64,000 nt of DNA, from assembly GCA_965262915.1 (NCBI GenBank), contig OZ253564.1:2976001-3040000 (forward strand). Reading direction: 5' to 3'. Under the pieces are notes generated by a model that did not search any database, was not told the DNA's origin, and saw only the letters and a program-made list of their open reading frames with translations. Below are positions 57,677-64,000 of the stretch, piece by piece. The position numbers were made by a program, and so were the translations under genes. Position 1 is the first letter of the stretch, and the number at the start of each line of letters is the position of its first letter. The stretch is from Candidatus Spongiisociaceae bacterium. GTDB lineage: Bacteria > Actinomycetota > Acidimicrobiia > Spongiisociales > Spongiisociaceae.

Positions 57677-58174
57677 CTAGTGGTCCAGCAGGCCTTCCAG
57701 CGCAGCGAATGGGGACCCGGATGCTTCGGAGTGCCCTCCACAGGGATCCACATTCAAGTCGTTTCCGCATGAAGCGCAAAGTCCCTGGCAGACCTCCGAG
57801 CATAGCGGTACCAGCGGTATGGACAAGCACAACTCGTCGTGGAGGACCTCGGAGAGGTCGATGGCGCCGTCGGGACCGATCGGGAGGATATCGGTTCCGG
57901 TCTCCTCCCCGAAGGCCTGGACGACCGGAGCGATGGCTTGGAACGAGACCGCGCCCAGACAACGGTTGCACCGGAGCAGCATCGAAGCCGTCACCTCTCC
58001 GCGTACCAGGACGCCGCCGTTCATCTCCTCGATCCGGACCTGGGCGTCGATCGGCCCGCACTCTTCGATCTGGTCGACTTGGACCTCTATCGAACCCGAT
58101 ACGCTGACACGGCGCTGCGCGCCGTGGCGTCGGAGCAGATCGGAGATCTGGACGAGGAATGAGTGGTTCCGCAC
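57677..58174 (-). CDS. DUF177/YceD family protein
   Basis: CNRCL, IDLSEVLHDEL, PLCSEVCQGLCASCG. Confidence 0.9.
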   Translation of the reverse strand: MRNHSFLVQISDLLRRHGAQRRVSVSGSIEVQVDQIEECGPIDAQVRIEEMNGGVLVRGEVTASMLLRCNRCLGAVSFQAIAPVVQAFGEETGTDILPIGPDGAIDLSEVLHDELCLSIPLVPLCSEVCQGLCASCGNDLNVDPCGGHSEASGSPFAALEGLLDH

Positions 58175-58216
58175 AGTTCGAAGAGTACCGTGACCCGGGA
58201 GGTCGTCGAGCGCGTG

Positions 58217-58735
58217 CTACCCGCCCCGGGGCCGGGTCTGGCGGAGTTCGGTGCGCATCGAGCGGATCTGGTCCAGCACTCGGGCCAGCAGGGTCTCCAA
58301 CCGTTCGAGGCGGTCCTCGACGTAGTCCTCGGCCTCCAGACGGATCCGGTGGGCGCGGTCCTCCGCCCTCCGCACGAGGATGTTGGCCTCCTCGGTCGCC
58401 TCGGCGATGATGTTGGTGTCGGACACCATCTGGTCGGCCTTCTGGCGGGCCCTTTGCACCAGGTCGCGCACGCGTTCGTTGGTCCTGGCGACGAAGACCT
58501 CACGTTCCCTGACCATCCATCGGGCAGCCCTCATCTCCTCGGGCAGGCGATCCTCGATGACCGCCAGAGTCTGCAGCATCTGCTCGCGATCAACGATGAC
58601 CTTGCCCGACGCGGGTATGTTCTTGGCCTCGGAGATCGCCATGATCATCTCCGACACGAGGTCCTGTATCTCCCCGACCGAGGGAACAGCACCGGGGGGT
58701 TCCCCTCCGCCTCGGCGTTCTCGATCACCGTTCAT
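58217..58735 (-). CDS. Conserved coiled-coil protein (SepIVA/DivIVA-like) between coaD and yceD
   Basis: AKNIPASGKVIVDRE, LPEEMRAARW, EAEDYVEDRL; typical synteny. Confidence 0.75.
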   Translation of the reverse strand: MNGDRERRGGGEPPGAVPSVGEIQDLVSEMIMAISEAKNIPASGKVIVDREQMLQTLAVIEDRLPEEMRAARWMVREREVFVARTNERVRDLVQRARQKADQMVSDTNIIAEATEEANILVRRAEDRAHRIRLEAEDYVEDRLERLETLLARVLDQIRSMRTELRQTRPRGG

Positions 58736-59207
58736 GCGACCACCGTTCCTTCATCAAGTGGCCCACCTCCGCGGGTACCAGGCTCTCCACCGTTCCTCCC
58801 AGGCTGCCCACCTCCTTCACCAAGGAAGATGAAAGGTAGCCGTGTTCGGGACTGGTGGGGATGAACACGGTATCCATCCCCGAAAGGCTGTGGTTCATCT
58901 GAGCCATCTGGAGCTCGTAATCGAAGTCCGACACCGCCCTCAGACCCTTGACGATCACGTTGACCCCCCGCGACCTGGCAAAGTCGACCAGCAAGCCGTC
59001 GAACGAGGCAACCTCGACCCCGGGTTCGTCGGCAAAGAGTTTCCGCAGCATGTCCACCCGTTCACCCGACGTGAACATCGGGGTCTTGGACGCATTGCGA
59101 ATAACCGCCACGACCACACGCCCGAACACCGAAACGCTGCGCCGGATCACATCCACATGTCCGTTGGTGGGCGGATCGAAGCTTCCGGGACAGACTGCTG
59201 TAGCCAC
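58725..59207 (-). CDS. coaD: Phosphopantetheine adenylyltransferase
   Basis: CPGSFDPPTNGH, KGLRAVSDFDYE, LSSSLVKE. Confidence 0.96.
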   Translation of the reverse strand: MATAVCPGSFDPPTNGHVDVIRRSVSVFGRVVVAVIRNASKTPMFTSGERVDMLRKLFADEPGVEVASFDGLLVDFARSRGVNVIVKGLRAVSDFDYELQMAQMNHSLSGMDTVFIPTSPEHGYLSSSLVKEVGSLGGTVESLVPAEVGHLMKERWSHER

Positions 59208-59256
59208 CCTTCTCCTATCCTTACGGTTGGGTCTAAATCTAACGCCTGCGCGTCGC

Positions 59257-59829
59257 CTATTCGTCGCTTGTCGGAGTACGCCGGTAACGCCAGATGCGCG
59301 TCGTCCCGTAGGTGTGCTCACTTTCCGCTACCAACCCCGGCGCCTCCGGCCGCTCCGTATCCGAGCGACGATGCACGACCACGGACCCGTCCATCCGCAC
59401 CAGGGGCGTCAGCGAGCGCAACGTTGCTACAACCGACGCTAGCGAGTGACGGTAAGGGGGGTCAACGAACACCAGGTCGTATGGGCCCTCTCCGTCGCGG
59501 ATGGTTCGGGCGGCGGACCGTGCCAGGAACCGGGCCACGTCGGTGGGCACCACCCGCCCGCCGAGCCCCACCATGCCCACGTTCACCTGCAGAGCCGTCA
59601 CGGCGGATCGGTCCCGTTCGACGAACGTGGCCGAGGCGGCGCCCCTGCTCAACGCCTCCAGTCCCAGGGAACCCGTCCCGGCGTAGAGATCGAGTACGCG
59701 GGCACCGGGGATCGAAGCGGCGATGGCCGAGAATACGGCTTCCCGCGCCCGGTCGGTCATCGGCCGGGTTGCCAGACCGGCCGGCGCTCTGAGCCGCCGC
59801 CCCTTCGCCACACCCGCGATCACCCGCAT
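59257..59829 (-). CDS. rsmD: 16S rRNA m2G966 methyltransferase
   Basis: MRVIAG, TRPMTDRAREA, LDLYAGTGSLG, DPPY. Confidence 0.94.
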   Translation of the reverse strand: MRVIAGVAKGRRLRAPAGLATRPMTDRAREAVFSAIAASIPGARVLDLYAGTGSLGLEALSRGAASATFVERDRSAVTALQVNVGMVGLGGRVVPTDVARFLARSAARTIRDGEGPYDLVFVDPPYRHSLASVVATLRSLTPLVRMDGSVVVHRRSDTERPEAPGLVAESEHTYGTTRIWRYRRTPTSDE

Positions 59830-59842
59830 GCCTCGGGCTCCC

Positions 59843-62083
59843 TCATGATTTGAAGAGCCACTCGACCGCGTCTCCCAGCAGGACCCGTACCTCTTCGCGC
59901 ACTTCCGGGTGCCGGTCGAGGCTCGGATCATCCCCTACGAGAGCGAACGCTTCGCGCCGGGCCGCCACCAGTTCCTTCCGGTCCCTGAGGATATCGGCGA
60001 TCCGCAGGTCCGAGAACCCGGACTGGCGAGCTCCGAAAACGGTTCCGTGGCCCCTGATGCGGAGGTCCTCTTCAGCCAGCCGGAAACCGTCGGAGATCTT
60101 GACCATGGCGCTGATCCTCTCGGCACCCTCTTTGGTGGCCGGATCCGCCAACAGGATGCACTGCCCGGGATGGGAACCTCTGCCCACCCGTCCTCGGAGC
60201 TGGTGCAGTTGGCTCAGCCCGAAGCGGTCGGCATCGCGGATGACCATGACGGTGGCGTTGGGGATGTCGATACCCACCTCGATGACGGTGGTGGCGACCA
60301 GTACGTCTAGTTCACCGGACCGGACGGCATCCATCACCCCTTCCTTGGCGGAGGGTCGCATCTGTCCGTGTAACAGCCCGAGGCGCATTTCTGGAAACAC
60401 TTCGCCCAGCCGCTCGCGCTCCGCCACCGCCGAAGCAGCCGCCACGCGTTCGGAACCCTCGACCAGCGGGCAGACCACGAACGCCTGCCGTCCCTTCTCC
60501 ACCTCCTGGCGGATCGTCCGCTGGACCTTCTCGATATCGGGACCTTCCTTGGAGGCGGACCATGTTCTCACAGGCCGGCGTCCGGGAGGCATCTCGTCCA
60601 GTTCCGAGACGTCGAGGTCTCCGTAAAGGGTCATCGAAAGCGTTCTCGGGATGGGCGTGGCGGTCATGATGAGGAGGTCCGGATCGATCCCCTTGGCCTT
60701 GTCCTTGAGCTTCACCCGCTGGTGGACTCCGAAGCGATGCTGCTCGTCGACCACGGCCACTCCCAGCCGGGAGAACCGGACGCCCTCCTGGATGAGGGCG
60801 TGGGTGCCGATCACGATATCGATGTCTCCTCGGGCGATACCCTCGAGAAGCTCGTTGCGACCGGTGGCGCTCCCTTGCCGGTAGTTGAGTTTGGCACGGT
60901 TACCGGTCAGCAGGGCCACTCTGACGGGCGGGCGGCCGCCGGTCGTATCGATCAGCGCCAGCAACCCCTCGAAGCTCGGCGCCATCCCGGCACCGGCCAG
61001 GAGCCGGGTGATCCCCTCGTAGTGCTGGTCGGCGAGTACCTCGGTGGGCGCCATCACGGCCGCCTGGAATCCTCCCTGCACACCGGTCAGGACGGTGGCC
61101 ACTGCCACCGCGGTCTTGCCGGAACCCACCTCGCCCTGGAGGAGGCGGTGCATGGGGCGGGGAGCACCCAGGTCCCCGGCGATCTCGTCGATCACGCGCT
61201 GCTGGGCCCCGGTCAGCCGGTAGGGGAGACCTCGCACGAACCGCTCGACCAGCCCGTCCTCGGGATCGACGTGGTGGGATACGCCGACCGCCGTCTCGGT
61301 CTTGTGGAGCTTGGTCATCGCCAGTGCCACCTCTAGGCGGAAGAACTCGTCGAACACCAGCCGCCGGCGCGCCGGCCCGACAGATGCCAGGGAGTCGGGG
61401 AAGTGGACGGCGGAAATGGCCTGGTCGCGCGGAACCAGCCCGAGACGTTCCACCAGATCCCCCGGCAACGGGTCCGCGATGGGGCGGGAGCGTCTCAACG
61501 CGTTGTGGATGCCTAGGCGGAGGTAGGGAGGGGTGGCATCCCCGACAGCCCGGTAGACGGGGACCACCCGGCCCACCGCCAGGTTCTCGTGGCCGGTGGC
61601 GAGCACGTCCACGGCGGGGGAGTTCATCTGGAGCCTGCCCCGGAAGCGCTCTATCTTTCCCGACAGCGCCACTTCGGCGCCGCGAGCCAGACGTCGGGCC
61701 CGGTACTGCTGGTTGAACCACACCGCCTTCATGGAGCCCGTTTCGTTGGAGACGGTCGCCTCGACAAGGACCATCCGCCGGCGTAGGCGCCGCACGTCTA
61801 CCCTGACCACCCGGCCGATGACGGTGGTCTCCACCCCCTCCTCCACCTTGTCCAGGGCCATCCTCCTGGACCGGTCCACGTGCCTGCGCGGAATGTGGAA
61901 CAGCAGGTCGGTGACCGAGCGGATCCCTCTGTCCCGTAGCGCCGCAGCCCGCTTTCCACCCAGCCACTTCACCTGATCGACCCCGATACCGTGCAGATAG
62001 GCGAGGGTCCTCCCCGCTCCGCTCGTCGTCGGGAGCCTGGTATGCCCTTCCATGCCGGTCAGGATACGGCAGGTGTGCGACAA
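59843..62083 (-). CDS. recG: ATP-dependent DNA helicase RecG (start may be 62053)
   Basis: LQGEVGSGKT, DEQHRFGV, MTATPIPRTL, QLHQLRGRVGR. Confidence 0.96.
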   Translation of the reverse strand: MSHTCRILTGMEGHTRLPTTSGAGRTLAYLHGIGVDQVKWLGGKRAAALRDRGIRSVTDLLFHIPRRHVDRSRRMALDKVEEGVETTVIGRVVRVDVRRLRRRMVLVEATVSNETGSMKAVWFNQQYRARRLARGAEVALSGKIERFRGRLQMNSPAVDVLATGHENLAVGRVVPVYRAVGDATPPYLRLGIHNALRRSRPIADPLPGDLVERLGLVPRDQAISAVHFPDSLASVGPARRRLVFDEFFRLEVALAMTKLHKTETAVGVSHHVDPEDGLVERFVRGLPYRLTGAQQRVIDEIAGDLGAPRPMHRLLQGEVGSGKTAVAVATVLTGVQGGFQAAVMAPTEVLADQHYEGITRLLAGAGMAPSFEGLLALIDTTGGRPPVRVALLTGNRAKLNYRQGSATGRNELLEGIARGDIDIVIGTHALIQEGVRFSRLGVAVVDEQHRFGVHQRVKLKDKAKGIDPDLLIMTATPIPRTLSMTLYGDLDVSELDEMPPGRRPVRTWSASKEGPDIEKVQRTIRQEVEKGRQAFVVCPLVEGSERVAAASAVAERERLGEVFPEMRLGLLHGQMRPSAKEGVMDAVRSGELDVLVATTVIEVGIDIPNATVMVIRDADRFGLSQLHQLRGRVGRGSHPGQCILLADPATKEGAERISAMVKISDGFRLAEEDLRIRGHGTVFGARQSGFSDLRIADILRDRKELVAARREAFALVGDDPSLDRHPEVREEVRVLLGDAVEWLFKS

Positions 62084-62157
62084 TCCCGTGCCAAGCGTGA
62101 AGGGGAGGGAATCGCCGGGACGCTATGCCACCCACCGGCCAGGTACACTGCGCGCTC

Positions 62158-62370
62158 ATGCAAGGCGTGGTCAAACTCTACGATCCGAACACCGGGGCCG
62201 GGGTGGTCGTGCTCGAGCGGGACCGGAGCGAGGTATACCTCCGGGCCGGCTCTCTAGCAGGCAGCGTGTTCCGCCTGCTCCGCCAGGGCCAGCGAATCAT
62301 CTTCGAAATCGAGGAGGTCGACGGGCGACGCTTCGTGCATTCGGTCCGGATGGGGTCGGACGGTAGGTGA
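62158..62370 (+). CDS. Cold-shock-domain-like small protein
   Basis: MQGVVKLYDPNTGAG...LRQGQRIIFEI. Confidence 0.7.
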   Translation: MQGVVKLYDPNTGAGVVVLERDRSEVYLRAGSLAGSVFRLLRQGQRIIFEIEEVDGRRFVHSVRMGSDGR

Positions 62371-62433
62371 CCGGAGCCAAAGTGTCCCATCGATAACCGC
62401 TATAGTTCATCGAACCGGAGGGAGAGGAGCCCC

Positions 62434-62667
62434 GTGGTCGAGGCATACGTGCTCATACAGACGGAAGTAGGCAAGGCCAAGGTGGTGGTGGACGAGGTCC
62501 GCTTGATCGAAGGCATCACGTCCGCCGACGATGTGACCGGACCCTACGATGTCATCGTGCGGGCGGAAGCCGGCGATGTCGATCAACTGGGCCGCTTGGT
62601 GGTCGCGAAGATCCAGGCGATCAGCGGCATCACACGTACCCTCACCTGCCCGATCGTCCACCTCTAA
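62434..62667 (+). CDS. Lrp/AsnC ligand-binding domain protein
   Basis: AYVLIQTEVGK, VTGPYDVIV, ITRTLTCP; GAGGAG RBS. Confidence 0.9.
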   Translation: MVEAYVLIQTEVGKAKVVVDEVRLIEGITSADDVTGPYDVIVRAEAGDVDQLGRLVVAKIQAISGITRTLTCPIVHL

Positions 62668-62817
62668 CCTCACATCCTGTCACCCGAGTGTCGGCAGGAT
62701 CCCATTGCCACAGCGCGTACCTGCGCAGGCGACCCCGTTTCTTCGATTGACGACTCGTTCCGGGTGATCCGCTCAGGTCACCGCATTCCTGCTGTACGCT
62801 GGCGGTAGCCGAGGCAG

Positions 62818-63045
62818 ATGGGAGTCATGACCGTCCCGATGCCAGGAGAATCATCCGGTTCGGAATCTCCCGAGAATGGCGTGCTCGTAGCCCGGATCCT
62901 CGTGGGTGCGCTCGGAGCTTTCCTGGCAACGTGGTGGGCCATCACCGCCGCGGACGCTCTGGACTGGGGGAGGCGCCGCGAGTCCTTGGCAGGGCTCGGT
63001 ATCGCCCTGATCGGGCTGAGTTTTCTGGTTTGGTCCTTAGCCTGA
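62818..63045 (+). CDS. Small two-TM membrane protein, C-terminus altered by the MITE
   Basis: Two hydrophobic segments; stop TGA comes from the MITE left end. Confidence 0.5.
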   Translation: MGVMTVPMPGESSGSESPENGVLVARILVGALGAFLATWWAITAADALDWGRRRESLAGLGIALIGLSFLVWSLA

Positions 63046-63228
63046 ATCCACCGATTCATGTTCCGAAAACCAATCCTGACCAGGGCGATCTCCGGGATCT
63101 ACCACTCACAGGAAGTTGCTCCTCTTCCCAGGACCGAACCATCCTTACCAATAGCTATCGCCGCAGATCAGGAGGCATTTCCACCATATCTCCATGTCCG
63201 CTGCGCGCTCCCCGTCGGTGGATTCAGG
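63041..63228. mobile_element. 188-bp MITE with IS1380-type ends
   Basis: CCTGAATCCACCG (63041-63053) and CGGTGGATTCAGG (63216-63228); CTTAG at 63036-63040 and 63229-63233. Confidence 0.9.
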
Positions 63229-63403
63229 CTTAGAGCGTGCGCGGATAGCTAGAAGCGGCCGCCCCCACGGGTAAACTCAACCCGCTTCCCGCTCGGAAAA
63301 GCCCTGGTCATCGCCGTGGACTCGTCAACCCGCGCAGCCACTGTTCCCCCAGGCAAGGAGCTATCCGCGCATCCTCTTAGTTTCAACAACTCGAGTCCAC
63401 CGG

Positions 63404-64000
63404 ATGCAGCCCCTCGGCCGTCGCCGGTGGTTTGTCATTGTGTGGACCGTGGCAGCCGCCATGATGCTCGCCTCCATCATCCGGGTGTGGACGATTCCCG
63501 TTGACGGAGCGAATATAGGCGCCGGTCTCATCGTGATAGGCATACCCGGGATGATCTTGCCCGGGCTGCTCTGTTTGCTTGCAGTCGAATCCAAATGGTT
63601 GCTCCCGAAACCATCCCGTACCCTGCAGTTCGTCGGCCTGTTGCTTGCGTTGGCTACTACATTCCCTTCCCTCCATTGGATATGGCAGTCTTACACGACT
63701 GCGCTACCCATCCCCATTTTCGAAGGGCCGCTATTCCTGGCCCTCGGCAACCCCCTTTGGCTCCTGTTGTCCGACATACTGCTACTCTTCTTGGGACCCG
63801 TATCGGGAGCCTTCTATGGAGAACAACTCGGTGACATAGTCCTTTGGACATTTCCGGCTATTTCGGCCTTGGTACTGGCCGTAACCGGACCGATGGTCGT
63901 CGCCTCACGTCTGCGAGATGGCTACTTCGTGACAACGGTTTCCGCCGTAACGATATGGCTGATCCTCGCATCCAGAGGACTGGGCTCAACATGGTTGGTT
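63404..64000 (+). CDS. Multi-pass membrane protein, runs off the window
   Basis: Open frame from ATG 63404 (MQPLGRRRWFVIVWTVAAAMML...) with several hydrophobic segments; lower GC. Confidence 0.6.
   Translation, partial: MQPLGRRRWFVIVWTVAAAMMLASIIRVWTIPVDGANIGAGLIVIGIPGMILPGLLCLLAVESKWLLPKPSRTLQFVGLLLALATTFPSLHWIWQSYTTALPIPIFEGPLFLALGNPLWLLLSDILLLFLGPVSGAFYGEQLGDIVLWTFPAISALVLAVTGPMVVASRLRDGYFVTTVSAVTIWLILASRGLGSTWLV

Overview
High-GC actinobacterial chromosome window, most like Acidimicrobiia; plant-type LRR/SLH surface proteins suggest a host-associated (possibly sponge-type) symbiont, which is inference. 1-8900 is a decayed island downstream of tRNA-Lys(CTT): two P4-type integrase remnants, a truncated group II intron inside an IS21 istB remnant, an intact amidase, korAB/DUF3048 remnants, an intact IS1380 and an IS30 inserted in an IS3 remnant. 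Most of 9000-13700 and 24200-62700 is core genome (rdgB, rph, dprA, comM, yraN, lepB, rplS, trmD, cofH/cofG, rimM, rpsP, ffh, upp, etfAB, ligC/Prim-PolC, ftsY, smc, mutM, rnc, plsX, coaD, recG). The main discovery candidate is a 10.5-kb tail-less, capsid-forming phage satellite (cf-PICI-like) at 13678-24212. It is bounded by an 11-bp att core and splits the competence gene comM after codon 21. It encodes integrase, AlpA, SF3 helicase, an ori-like inverted repeat, TerL, HNH, an HK97 capsid, a double-domain prohead protease, a connector, a portal and a Zn-finger/Myb-like protein. Other notable items: a 188-bp MITE sharing ends and target with the IS1380, a CofH carrying an apparently degenerate CofG half, and a 1214-aa LRR/dead-peptidase/SLH/OpuAC protein flanked by collapsed paralogue fragments. 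All family calls come from motif recognition by eye; no database search was run.
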